Shown: positions 45,779 to 56,040, numbered from the stretch's first letter. The stretch: DNA of 64,000 bases from Clostridiaceae bacterium BRH_c20a (GCA_000961765.1 LADT01000026.1:88541-152540), one strand, 5' to 3'. Translations and numbers: made by a program. Notes: generated by a model not told the origin, from the sequence alone.

Positions 45779-47320
45779 GGGAGGGATGAACTGTATGATA
45801 AAGCCGGAAGAATGGCCAACGTCATAGCCGATGGGCAGACAACTACCTATACCTATTATGACAACGGCAGCAAACATCAGGTTATTTATCCAATTGGGGC
45901 AACCGAAGAATACACCTATTATGATAACGGCATGCTCCAGACCTTGGTCAACAAAAAAGCTGACCAGGCAATAATTGATGCATATACCTATACGTATGAT
46001 GAATCCCATAACCTGACTGCCAAAGAAGATGCCAGGGGGGTTACCACTTATACCTATGACGACCTAAACCGCCTGGAGACGGTGACCGAACCCAGCAGTA
46101 AAATTACCTCATATACCTATGACGGTGCAGGAAACAGGCTGACACAGGTAGAAGACTACCAGGAGAACAGCATTGTCACCAACTACACATATAATGAGCA
46201 GAACCGGCTTCTAAGACAGGTTAGCCAGTTGAATGGAGAAATCATTCAGAACGAAGTTAGCGAATATACCTATGATGAACTGAACCGGATGATAACTGCC
46301 CTAACCCCCAACGGGACCAATATCACCAACAGCTACAACGGCGATGGTCAGCGGGTAAGCAAACAGGTCAACAGCGACATGACCCAATATGTCTATATAG
46401 GCGACAAAGTAGTCTTGGAATTGGACAGTTCTGGGAACCAAGCTGCCCGCAACGTCCTGGGAACCGGCATGATCTCCCGGACAGTAGACGGCACCACCCT
46501 TTACTACATGTACAACGGACACGGAGATGTAACAGCCCTGATAGATTCCACAGGGGTCATCCAGGCCACATACTATTACGATGCCTTTGGCAACATCCTG
46601 GAATCCACTGGGGAAGCAAACAATCCCTATACATATGCAGGTTACCAGTATGACAAAGAGACAGAATATTACTACCTAAATGCCCGATATTATGATGCAC
46701 TGACAGCCCGCTTTATTACCGAAGATACCTATAGGGGAGACCCCAGAGATCCGTTGACCTTGAATCTCTATACCTATGGCATAAACAACCCAATTAGATA
46801 TATCGATCCAACGGGTCACTATATAGACGAAAGCAAATTAGGTAAAATAGCAAGTGATCCATATTATTCAAGTGTAAAACTAACCTATTCACCAGGAAAA
46901 GGCGATAAACTGACAATAACCACAGCAGATGGATTTACCTTTTCCGTGACAGATAACCGTCGTGGTATATATATAGACCCGACAAATATAGTACATGATA
47001 TTTCAGGTCATGGTAATGTAAAGAGCAGCAGTGATATTAAATCAACGGCTACCAGTACAGTTCAGCCTAGTGCAGCTAGCCCATATGTTCCACCGGTTAC
47101 TAATACTACGAAGTCTAATCCAAGTACAACTATTAAACCCATTACTGTTACACCAAAAGTAGTCGCACCAATAGCAGATACCCGTACAGCTAATGAGATA
47201 AGCAAATCTGTGACAACGGATAACCTTAATAAGTATGGTGCGGTGGGATATGTCCAGGAGATGGGTAATGGTGACCCAACCATGTGGTCTGTTGCGCAGA
47301 ACTTTGGTGGTGGTCTATAA
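45779..47320 (+). CDS. Rhs/YD-repeat protein, C-terminal core plus Ser/Thr/Pro-rich linker (5'-truncated; ends at an in-frame TAA)
   Basis: YD repeats begin right after the 120-bp repeat (…DELYDKAGRMANV…). The core-end motif is NNPIRYIDPTGH. The stop at 47318..47320 is in the same frame as the downstream toxin ORF. Confidence 0.8.
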   Translation, partial: GRDELYDKAGRMANVIADGQTTTYTYYDNGSKHQVIYPIGATEEYTYYDNGMLQTLVNKKADQAIIDAYTYTYDESHNLTAKEDARGVTTYTYDDLNRLETVTEPSSKITSYTYDGAGNRLTQVEDYQENSIVTNYTYNEQNRLLRQVSQLNGEIIQNEVSEYTYDELNRMITALTPNGTNITNSYNGDGQRVSKQVNSDMTQYVYIGDKVVLELDSSGNQAARNVLGTGMISRTVDGTTLYYMYNGHGDVTALIDSTGVIQATYYYDAFGNILESTGEANNPYTYAGYQYDKETEYYYLNARYYDALTARFITEDTYRGDPRDPLTLNLYTYGINNPIRYIDPTGHYIDESKLGKIASDPYYSSVKLTYSPGKGDKLTITTADGFTFSVTDNRRGIYIDPTNIVHDISGHGNVKSSSDIKSTATSTVQPSAASPYVPPVTNTTKSNPSTTIKPITVTPKVVAPIADTRTANEISKSVTTDNLNKYGAVGYVQEMGNGDPTMWSVAQNFGGGL

Positions 47321-47407
47321 AAGAGTGGAAAGGATGCTGTAACTGGAATTGTAAACATAGTCACCACAAATCCAGTAGAGACAGCTAAGAACATCAGTAA
47401 CGCAATT

Positions 47408-47938
47408 TTGAATTATAAAGATACCGGAAAGGCAATTTGGTATGAAGTTTCTAATGCTTTTTATGAGGATGTAATCAATGGAGATGCGGATTCAACAGCA
47501 TTTTTTACAGGGAGAGCAGTTGGTGAAATCGTTCTCGTTGTTGTAGGAACAAAGGGTGTCGAGAAAGCAGTAAAAGTTGTTAAAGGTGCTAATGCCGTTA
47601 AGGTGAGTAATGTTACCCAGGGCGCGGGTAAAGGTTTTGATAAATTTAATGCTCTTAAAAAGAACCTCGGGCCTGCCGGGGAAGGAAAAGCGTGGCATCA
47701 TGTTGTCGAACAGAGTCAAATCCAGAAATCAGGGTTTAGCCCGCAACAAATTCATAATACCAATAATGTAGTTGCTGTTGACTCAGCGACTCATGCGAAG
47801 ATAAGCGGGTATTATAACAGTATTGATGCAAGTTTATCAGACACTATGAGAGTTCGGGATTGGCTTGCAGGACAAGGTTTTGAAACGCAATATCAATTTG
47901 GAATGGATGTCTTAAAGAGATTCGGGGTGACGAAATGA
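47408..47938 (+). CDS. Toxin module: pre-toxin (TG-like) region plus an HNH/EndoVII-fold nuclease of AHH/WHH type
   Basis: The frame is open from 47321, same frame as the Rhs core. KAWHHVVEQ...NNVVAVDSATHAKISGYY fits the AHH/WHH nuclease pattern. Confidence 0.6.
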   Translation: MNYKDTGKAIWYEVSNAFYEDVINGDADSTAFFTGRAVGEIVLVVVGTKGVEKAVKVVKGANAVKVSNVTQGAGKGFDKFNALKKNLGPAGEGKAWHHVVEQSQIQKSGFSPQQIHNTNNVVAVDSATHAKISGYYNSIDASLSDTMRVRDWLAGQGFETQYQFGMDVLKRFGVTK

Positions 47939-48303
47939 AGAAAAATATATCACCACAATCATTAATTGAGCAATATATTAATGCTGGAATAATAATGACA
48001 GAAGCGTTGCCAAACGGTGATTATAAGACAAATAATCGAGAAGCAAAAAAGCTAAAAAAAATAAAAACTGACTTTTTAGAAAATAATTTGGATTTAGCGA
48101 AGCAAGTTTTCGCTGAAGTCATGAAGTCAGAAAATGACAAAGCACGCTCCATAGCGGCAGCGGATGCTCTAAGGCTAAACATACTGATTGAACAAGCTAT
48201 TGATGTTTTGGAAGATGTTGCTAAACGTGCAGATATTATCGGATTCGGAGCGGAAACATCGCTGAAGATTTGGCGTGGAGAGTATCCGGGAAAGACACTT
48301 TAA
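47935..48303 (+). CDS. Immunity protein (DUF2019-like helical repeat)
   Basis: ATGA start/stop overlap with the toxin. A 122-aa helical protein resembling DUF2019-type immunity proteins. Confidence 0.6.
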   Translation: MKKNISPQSLIEQYINAGIIMTEALPNGDYKTNNREAKKLKKIKTDFLENNLDLAKQVFAEVMKSENDKARSIAAADALRLNILIEQAIDVLEDVAKRADIIGFGAETSLKIWRGEYPGKTL

Positions 48304-48384
48304 TGAGAGGTGTACCTTTGCAGACACCCTATAACTTACGATATAACGCTGTATTTTAATAATAACAGCCACCTGCAAGGTGAA

Positions 48385-48900
48385 CCTTGACAAATTAACA
48401 GCCACCCTTTGACAAACGAAGGTTGCTTGTTGAAAGCCATAAGCGGTCGGCATTGCCGGCCGCTGTGAACCGGCAGGTGCGCCCAAAGGTGCACCCGCCT
48501 TTAACCTGCATCATTTTCGACCCCATGGTTCACCCTGTAAACAGGGATGATTAAGGGCAATTTGCTACCGAATAATTCATGCGATGATTTCCGGCACAAA
48601 GCCGTCAAATTCGGCCTCTTTTCCGATGGATGGGCAAACACCTTATGATGGCTATAAAAATTGAACACAGCGGCACACGGTGGCTCACGGCATTAAACAT
48701 TTGTGTGCCGGATAACGAGGGCATATATGAAATGCACAGCTTTTGCAGACTGCCAGTAATGAACATATAAATCGGCTTGTACCCCATGGCTCATGGTGAA
48801 CCATGGATTTACAGGAAATCTGTTCTATGGTAAAATTTGTGCCAGAGGGGGGTTTAAGGGGGTAAGAAATTATCCCGGAAAAATCCCTCGTTTTCTTTTT
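48385..48900 (+). ncRNA. Second, diverged copy of the structured leader (IS110 copy C)
   Basis: Hairpins at 48443..48463, 48472..48499, 48533..48546 and 48688..48710. Conserved blocks at 48500..48538 and 48672..48691. Stem plus T-run at 48845..48900. Confidence 0.4.
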
Positions 48901-49038
48901 CTGCATATGACAGTTTTGATACAAGCGCAGAAATAACTTGCAATACTTTTCAGACAGAGTTAACATCACACAACAATAGTGAAAATAACCTGTTTGAAAC
49001 TGTGAGTCTTGTGGTAGATAGGCTAGAGAAGGGATGAT

Positions 49039-49094
49039 ATGCAGAGAAGAGAAAACTACCTCTATGTCGGTATGGACTTGCATAAAGACACCCA
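49039..49094 (+). pseudogene. IS110-family recombinase stub (first ~18 codons, copy C)
   Basis: MQRRENYLYVGMDLHKDT, then homology stops. A hairpin carrying GGGGACGGTTCT follows at 49097..49125. Confidence 0.75.
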
Positions 49095-49293
49095 AAGGAA
49101 GCGAGGGGACGGTTCTGCCGCTTCCGCGCTTCTTTATTTTTGATAAAAATCTTGCAATATATTTGATAACGTAATTTCAGACTAACCATACCACTTTCTT
49201 TATGTATATAGATTAAAGGTCAATATTTTTATTCTTTTTAAGTTACTTCTCACATATATCTTTTACTGCAAAGAAAATTGAGGAGGGATAAGT

Positions 49294-50397
49294 GTGAGTG
49301 GTAAGTTAAGGGAGTTTTACCCGGGAGGTAATACTTCATATGGTTTTTATTCTTTCTACGACTTCATAATTGATAAGGATGCAACCCGTATCTTTTGTAT
49401 CAAAGGGGGACCTGGGGTAGGCAAGTCAACCTTTATGAAGGCTATCGGCCAGGTTATGCTGGAAAAAGGCTTTGATGTTGAACTTCATAACTGCTCTTCC
49501 GATAATAACTCTATTGATGGTCTAGTTATCCCCGCATTAAAGATTGCTTTGATTGATGGTACAGCACCCCACATAGTTGACCCTAAAAATCCTGGTGCTG
49601 TAGATGAGATTATCCATCTGGGGGATTATTGGAATGAAGAGGGAATACGGGCAAATAAGTCAGAGGTACTTTCCTCAAATGCCAGAGTCGGCCGACTTTT
49701 TAAGATTGCTTATAGCAGTCTTAAGGAAGCTAAAGTTGTCCATGATGAATGGGAAAGCTACATTACAGAGAGCATGGATTTTGCCCCAGTTAACAAGATT
49801 ACCCGCTATGTTGCCAACGAAGTTTTTGCTGATGTAGAACCTGACTTTAGCCGAGTTGCCAAGGCCAGGCACTTATTTGGGAGTGCTATAACACCCAAGG
49901 GCGCTACTAATAAACTGGATAGTATTTTATTAGAAGTTGAAGATGTATACATTCTTCGAGGGGAGCCAGGAACAGGCAAGTCTAGCTTTATTGGAAAAAT
50001 GTTAGAACGAGCTCAGGAAATGGGGATTGATACGGAAATATATCATTGCCCTTTAGATCCTGAGAAATTTGATTTTTTAGTTATTCCCAAGCTGAAAGTT
50101 GCATTTATAAATGGAACTGACCCCTTAAAGGTAAATTTAAGTAAGTTTACGACAACAGAAATTGATTTTGACCAGTTTCTAGATCCCGATAAACTAGATA
50201 CCTATGAAAAAGAAATTGATTCCTGCAAAGAACGTTTCTGGGATGCATACCACCGAGGGATTGAATATATCAGTCAAGCTAAAAAGGTACATGATGAGAT
50301 GGAGGAATACTATATTCCTAATATGAATTTTGCAGCCATTAATGCCAAAAGAGACGAAATATTAAAGAGGATTTTAAAATATGCGAAAGAATTTTAG
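49294..50397 (+). CDS. Double P-loop NTPase of unknown function
   Basis: Two Walker A motifs (GGPGVGKST, GEPGTGKSS) in a 367-aa protein. Confidence 0.6.
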   Translation: MSGKLREFYPGGNTSYGFYSFYDFIIDKDATRIFCIKGGPGVGKSTFMKAIGQVMLEKGFDVELHNCSSDNNSIDGLVIPALKIALIDGTAPHIVDPKNPGAVDEIIHLGDYWNEEGIRANKSEVLSSNARVGRLFKIAYSSLKEAKVVHDEWESYITESMDFAPVNKITRYVANEVFADVEPDFSRVAKARHLFGSAITPKGATNKLDSILLEVEDVYILRGEPGTGKSSFIGKMLERAQEMGIDTEIYHCPLDPEKFDFLVIPKLKVAFINGTDPLKVNLSKFTTTEIDFDQFLDPDKLDTYEKEIDSCKERFWDAYHRGIEYISQAKKVHDEMEEYYIPNMNFAAINAKRDEILKRILKYAKEF

Positions 50398-50462
50398 AGG
50401 CACCCAGGTGCCTTCTTTTTAAACTAAAAATAAATGCGGACGCCCAATGGGCGCCCCTACGA

Positions 50463-52331
50463 TTATCCTGCTTGATTTAGAAATTGACTGTTATATAGAT
50501 CAGCATAAAAATCATCTTTTGCAAGAAGTTCATCATGGTTGCCTTTTTCAATAATTCTCCCATTGTTCATTACAAGTATTAAATCTGCATTTCGTATTGT
50601 AGATAGTCTATGGGCAATTACAAAGCTTGTTCTACCCTTCATAAGCTCGGTCATGGCTTTCTGAATATAGAATTCTGTTCTTGTATCTACACTGCTTGTA
50701 GCCTCATCAAGAATAAGGACAGCAGGGTCAGCGAGTATGGCTCTGGCAATTGTAATAAGCTGCTTTTGCCCCTGGGAGATATTAGAAGCTTCTTCATTTA
50801 GTATTGTATTATAGCCCTCTGGAAGGGTTCTAATAAAGTAGTCAGCATTAGCAGCTTTTGCTGCCCAAAAAACATCTTCGTCAGTAGCACCTTCCCGACC
50901 ATAGGCAATATTATCTCTGATTGTACCATTAAATAACCAGGCATCTTGAAGTACCATGCCAAAAATCCTTCGCAAATCTTTGCGTTTTAAATCTTTAATA
51001 TTGACGCCATCTACTGAAATAATTCCTTCATCGGTTTCATAAAAGCGCATCAATAGATTGACAAGAGTAGTTTTACCGGCACCAGTTGGGCCTACAATGG
51101 CCACTGTCTGACCTTCTTGCACATCGATATTTAAATCCTCGATAAGTGGTACATCTTTTTTGTAGCTAAATTTGACATTTTGGAATTTAACTTCACCCTT
51201 TGGAGTTTGAATTAATTTAGCAGCTTTACTATCTGGTATTTCTTCATCCTCATCTAATAGCTCAAATACCCGCTCGGCAGAAGCTGCAGTCGACTGCAAA
51301 AGGTTAGCTATATTAGCAGTTTGAGTTATCGGGTGAGTAAACTGTCTTGAGTATTGTATAAAGGCCTGTACATCACCTATTGCTAGGGTCTGCTTAGTTA
51401 CAAAGATTCCGCCTATAACGCTAACAAGTACATAGCCAATATTATTGATAAATTCCATTACAGGCATGATAATACCCGATATAAACTGTGCTCTCCGACT
51501 TGAATCGTAGAGTTTTTCGTTAATACTATTAAACTTGTCTATAGTTTTTTCTTCGTGCCCGAAAGCCTTAACAATTTTATGACCGGTATACATTTCTTCT
51601 ACATGACCATTTAGCTCACCTAAAGCTTTCTGCTGAGTTGCAAAGTATTTTTGAGAGCGGGTTGCGATAGCTTTGGTTACAAAAACATAAAGGGGTAAGG
51701 TCGCGACAAGAATAAGGGTCATAAATGGACTAATCGAAAGCATCATGACTATAATACCTATCAAAGTAATTATTGAAGTTATTAGTTGAGTCATGCTCTG
51801 CTGTAAGGTTGTTGCAATATTATCAACGTCATTTGTAATACGGCTTAGAATATCACCATGGGTCCGTGAATCAAAGTATTTAAGAGGGAGCCGGTAAAGC
51901 TTATCATTTATATCATTTCTTAAATCATAAACAGTTTTTTGAGCTACGCCAGCCATTACAAACTGCTGAATATAACTAAAGAAGGCACTGATTAGATAGA
52001 GTACTACTAATATTAATATTATCTGCAGAATATAATCAAAATCTATTTGTACCCCGGGGACACCTTTTAGTCGAAGCATGACGCCCTCGAATATCTTTGT
52101 GATAGCTTTACCCATAATCTTAGGGCTGACAATACTGAACATCGTACTAAGAACAGACAGTAGAAGCACTGTAATAAGTTTAATTAGATGTGGTTTCAGA
52201 TATCCTAGGAGTCTTCTTAAGGTACCTTTAAAGTCTTTTGCCTTTTCGACAGGCATTCCCATATGGGGACCTGCCATAGGACCCCGATTTTGCCCTTTGT
52301 TTGTATACTTATCATTGCGTTCTTCACTCAT
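50463..52331 (-). CDS. ABC exporter, fused permease/ATPase (heterodimer partner B)
   Basis: Six TM helices plus an NBD: GPTGAGKTT, LSQGQKQLITIARA, ILDEATS. Confidence 0.9.
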   Translation of the reverse strand: MSEERNDKYTNKGQNRGPMAGPHMGMPVEKAKDFKGTLRRLLGYLKPHLIKLITVLLLSVLSTMFSIVSPKIMGKAITKIFEGVMLRLKGVPGVQIDFDYILQIILILVVLYLISAFFSYIQQFVMAGVAQKTVYDLRNDINDKLYRLPLKYFDSRTHGDILSRITNDVDNIATTLQQSMTQLITSIITLIGIIVMMLSISPFMTLILVATLPLYVFVTKAIATRSQKYFATQQKALGELNGHVEEMYTGHKIVKAFGHEEKTIDKFNSINEKLYDSSRRAQFISGIIMPVMEFINNIGYVLVSVIGGIFVTKQTLAIGDVQAFIQYSRQFTHPITQTANIANLLQSTAASAERVFELLDEDEEIPDSKAAKLIQTPKGEVKFQNVKFSYKKDVPLIEDLNIDVQEGQTVAIVGPTGAGKTTLVNLLMRFYETDEGIISVDGVNIKDLKRKDLRRIFGMVLQDAWLFNGTIRDNIAYGREGATDEDVFWAAKAANADYFIRTLPEGYNTILNEEASNISQGQKQLITIARAILADPAVLILDEATSSVDTRTEFYIQKAMTELMKGRTSFVIAHRLSTIRNADLILVMNNGRIIEKGNHDELLAKDDFYADLYNSQFLNQAG

Positions 52332-54055
52332 GCTAATTCCTCCTCAGACAGTTGTGAAGACACAATCTCACGATAAACCTCACAAGTATTTAAAAGGTCT
52401 TTGTGTTTTCCAATTCCAACAATTTCCCCCTGGTCTAGGACTATAATTTGATCTGCATCCATAATAGTACTAATCCTTTGGGCGACTATCAGTACAGTGG
52501 AATTCTTTGTTTCCTCTTTCAGCATTTGACGAAGCTTCGCATCGGTTTTGAAGTCAAGGGCTGAAAAACTGTCATCAAAGATATAAATATCTGGTTTTCT
52601 GACCAGCGCACGGGCGATAGCCAGACGCTGTTTTTGTCCGCCAGATAAATTATTGCCTCCTTGTGCTATAACTGACGCAAAGCCGTCTGGCATTTTGGAA
52701 ATAAATTCGATTGCCTGGGCAGTTTTAGCAGCATGCAAAACTTCATTATCACTAGCATCATCTTTGCCAAAGCGGATATTTTCACTAATAGTACCGGTGA
52801 AGAGAACTGATTTTTGAGGTACCAGGCCGATTTTTGCTCTAAGGCTTTTTTGAGGAATTTCATGAACATTTACACCTTCAATTAATATTTTTCCACTACT
52901 AATATCATAGAAACGAGGAATAAGGCTGATGAGTGTCGATTTCCCCGAGCCTGTTCCACCAATAATTGCGGTCATCTCACCTGGTCTGGCGCTGAAGGAA
53001 ATATTGCTAAGCGCAGGTTTTTCTGCTCCGTGGTAACTAAAGGTAACTTTTTTAAACTCAATAAAACCTCTTTGGGTGGTGGGGTTTTTAGGTTGCTGTG
53101 AATCGTTAATTTCTGGAATAGTATCGAGAACTTCATTAATTCTTACTGCCGAAGCAGAAGCACGGGGAACCATGACAAACATCATGGAAACCATTATTAA
53201 AGAGAACATAATTAGCATAATATATTGGATAAAGGCCATCATGTCTCCTACCTGCATACTCCCATCATCTATACGAATGCCACCAAACCAGATAATGGCT
53301 ATTGTTGCAAAATTCATTATCAGCATCATTATTGGCATTACGGCAGCCATAATCTGGTTGATTTTTATAGCGGTATTGGTAAGGTCAGTATTGGCTTCAT
53401 CAAAACGGCGCTGCTCATGGTTAATGCGGTTAAATGCACGGATTACTCTGATGCCGGTAAGGCCTTCCCGGGAGACAAGATTTAACTTATCTAGCTTTAT
53501 TTGTATGGCTTTAAATAGCGGCATACCTTTTTTAGCAATGTAAATAATCACGATAGAAATTATGGGGATAACAATAACAATAATAAGTGAAAGTTTCAGG
53601 TCTTTTGATACAGCCATAATAATACCGCCGATGCCCATCATCGGTGCACTTATCATGATACGCAGGATTAGCATTAATACCCGCTCAACTTGGGTAATAT
53701 CATTGGTTGATCTAGTTATCAGAGAAGCAGTACCAATTTTATCGAACTCGTGAAGTGTAAAGCTTTCTACTCTTGAAAAAACCTGTTCTCTAACATTTTT
53801 GCCAAATCCAGAGCCAATTTTTGCTGATAAGAAACTAGCTGCAATTGTAGAAATAACCCCACCCGCAGCTATAATAAGCATGAAAAATCCAATTCTTAGA
53901 ATATAATTGGTATCACCCTGAACGATACCAATATCAACAATCTTAGCCATTAAGGTAGGAAGGTACAACTGAGAAAGGGACTGGAGAAACACAAGGATAA
54001 AAACAAGAATTATTGCGCCGGTATATATTTTGAGAAACCTTGATAGCTTAGCCAA
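52328..54055 (-). CDS. ABC exporter, fused permease/ATPase (heterodimer partner A)
   Basis: GGTGSGKST, LSGGQKQRLAIARA, IFDDSFS. There is a 4-nt overlap with the downstream partner. Confidence 0.9.
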   Translation of the reverse strand: MAKLSRFLKIYTGAIILVFILVFLQSLSQLYLPTLMAKIVDIGIVQGDTNYILRIGFFMLIIAAGGVISTIAASFLSAKIGSGFGKNVREQVFSRVESFTLHEFDKIGTASLITRSTNDITQVERVLMLILRIMISAPMMGIGGIIMAVSKDLKLSLIIVIVIPIISIVIIYIAKKGMPLFKAIQIKLDKLNLVSREGLTGIRVIRAFNRINHEQRRFDEANTDLTNTAIKINQIMAAVMPIMMLIMNFATIAIIWFGGIRIDDGSMQVGDMMAFIQYIMLIMFSLIMVSMMFVMVPRASASAVRINEVLDTIPEINDSQQPKNPTTQRGFIEFKKVTFSYHGAEKPALSNISFSARPGEMTAIIGGTGSGKSTLISLIPRFYDISSGKILIEGVNVHEIPQKSLRAKIGLVPQKSVLFTGTISENIRFGKDDASDNEVLHAAKTAQAIEFISKMPDGFASVIAQGGNNLSGGQKQRLAIARALVRKPDIYIFDDSFSALDFKTDAKLRQMLKEETKNSTVLIVAQRISTIMDADQIIVLDQGEIVGIGKHKDLLNTCEVYREIVSSQLSEEELA

Positions 54056-54287
54056 ATGGCATCATCCTTAATATATTATTATGATAGTCAATAAAACAGC
54101 TAATATTTAGCATACCAAAACGGTACTAGTTTACGCTTTTCTTTAGAGAATGACAACACAACTACATAATAAAATATTTAGAAAAAAGTTTCTATTAAAA
54201 TTAAGTTATTTTATAGAATTGACAACAAAAGGAGTGAAAGGAAAATCCCCTTCACTCTTTTAAAATAGAAGTATATAATTTGTTCTT

Positions 54288-54629
54288 TTAGCTCAGGGAA
54301 TTCCTACCCCGTTCGTTTGTCCTTATTCGAATTGCATCAACAACGTCAAAGACGAAAATTTTGCCATCACCTACTTGACCGGTTTTAGCTGCTTCACTAA
54401 TGACTTCCAAAACATCTTCCAGTAATTCTTTTTTGATAACTATTTCTAGTTTGATTTTTGGCAAAAGGTTAATACTCATTTCTTGACCACGGTAAACTCC
54501 TGTATGGCCCTTTTGTAAACCACAGCCAATTACCTGGGTTATTGTTAAACCGCTAATTCCGAACTTATCTAAAGCATTCTTAACGTCTTCTAGCATATTA
54601 GGGCGAATTACAGCTTCAATTTTTTTCAT
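54288..54629 (-). CDS. glnB: PII nitrogen regulatory protein
   Basis: MKKIEAVIRP... with T-loop GHTGVYRGQE. Confidence 0.9.
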   Translation of the reverse strand: MKKIEAVIRPNMLEDVKNALDKFGISGLTITQVIGCGLQKGHTGVYRGQEMSINLLPKIKLEIVIKKELLEDVLEVISEAAKTGQVGDGKIFVFDVVDAIRIRTNERGRNSLS

Positions 54630-54631
54630 TC

Positions 54632-56014
54632 TCAGACCTCCCTTAATTGGGTAGAAACCATCCCGGGATAGGGCAGGTTATCATTAAATATGGCTGAGTC
54701 GTTATTTAATAAGAATTCGCCATAAGCTGACATGCCGTGTTCACCTATATCCAAGCCTTCAATTTCTTCTTTGGTAGTGACCCTTAAGCCTATTAGAACA
54801 TCTATTATTGTAACTGCAGCAGAGGTTATTGCTATTGTCCAAATAAATACTGCACCTACACCTGTAGCCTGGGTAACTAAAAGTGATAATCCTCCCCCGT
54901 AAACAAGGCCGCCATCTACAGCAAAGAAGCCAATTAATATTGTTCCTAAAGCACCACAAACGCCATGAACAGATATTGCACCAACAGGGTCATCTATTTT
55001 TACTACATTATCAAAGAACGCAACCGCCATAATAAGAACAACTCCTGCTATAGCACCAATAGCTATTGCACCGAGAGGTGATACAACTAAGGCGCCGGCA
55101 GTTATGGCTACAAGACCTGCTAGTGCACCGTTTAAGGTTAAGGTGATATCAGGCTTTCCATATTTTACCCACGAGTAAGCCATAGAACTTATTGTACCAC
55201 TGGCAGCAGCTAAAATTGTGGTAGAGGAAATTAAGGTAATATCGTAATACGCGTTACCTGAGAGGGTGCTACCAGGGTTAAAGCCAAACCAGCCAAACCA
55301 AAGAATTAAAACACCTAATGCACCTAGAGGGATACTGTGGCCTGGGATGGCATTTACTTTTCCGTCTTTGTCATATTTACCAACCCGGCTTCCTAAAAGA
55401 TAGGCAGCCACTAAAGCGGACCAGCCACCAACACTATGAACCACTGTAGAGCCTGCTAAATCTATAAAGCCCCGTTGGGCTAACCAACCGCCACCCCAAA
55501 TCCAGTGACCAACAATAGGATAAGTAATACTAGTAATTACAAAAGCTAAAATTAAGTATGCTGCAAATTTTATGCGTTCTGCTACTGCTCCTGATACTAT
55601 TGTTGCTGCGGTAGCGGCAAATACTGCCTGGAAAAACCAAAAGCCTAAGGTGGGGATGCCAAAGTCCAATTCGCCAAAACCCTTTACCAGGAAGCCGCTA
55701 GTACCCACAAGACCTGCTGCATCTGTCCCAAACATAAGGGCGAAACCAATAAGATAGAAGGTAATTACACCGATAGCTATAGTCAGCATGTTTTTCATTA
55801 AAATATTTACGGAATTTTTTGAGCGGGTAAAGCCAATTTCAACTAGGGAAAAGCCAGCATGCATAAAGAAAACCAGGAAACCAGCAATCATAATCCAAAT
55901 TGTGTCGATGGCAATGGTGACCTCTTCAAAAGTTTCTGCTGCAAATGCAGGAACTGCAAATGCTAATAATAAGACCAATAGGCTTAGAGATAAAAATAGT
56001 TTTTTCATTTTCAA
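54632..56014 (-). CDS. amtB: Ammonium transporter
   Basis: Signal peptide plus 11 TM helices, with the Amt motifs FAATAATIVSGAVAER and VHSVGGW. Confidence 0.9.
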   Translation of the reverse strand: MKMKKLFLSLSLLVLLLAFAVPAFAAETFEEVTIAIDTIWIMIAGFLVFFMHAGFSLVEIGFTRSKNSVNILMKNMLTIAIGVITFYLIGFALMFGTDAAGLVGTSGFLVKGFGELDFGIPTLGFWFFQAVFAATAATIVSGAVAERIKFAAYLILAFVITSITYPIVGHWIWGGGWLAQRGFIDLAGSTVVHSVGGWSALVAAYLLGSRVGKYDKDGKVNAIPGHSIPLGALGVLILWFGWFGFNPGSTLSGNAYYDITLISSTTILAAASGTISSMAYSWVKYGKPDITLTLNGALAGLVAITAGALVVSPLGAIAIGAIAGVVLIMAVAFFDNVVKIDDPVGAISVHGVCGALGTILIGFFAVDGGLVYGGGLSLLVTQATGVGAVFIWTIAITSAAVTIIDVLIGLRVTTKEEIEGLDIGEHGMSAYGEFLLNNDSAIFNDNLPYPGMVSTQLREV

Positions 56015-56040
56015 ACACTCCTTTGATTAATTTTTTTAAG

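Noticed and set aside
44191-47320. In-frame TAG (44191) and TAA (47318) in the Rhs fragments as programmed recoding (for example pyrrolysine or read-through)
   Set aside because: The two stops are different codons, both genes are already truncated at their 5' ends, and no recoding signal or pyl genes are visible. Decay is the simpler explanation.
48175-49189. Four overlapping minus-strand ORFs (60-136 aa) across leader copy C
   Set aside because: They are not conserved in copy B (which has no ORF of 60 aa or more), have no RBS and are compositionally odd. They are most likely chance ORFs in GC-richer non-coding DNA.
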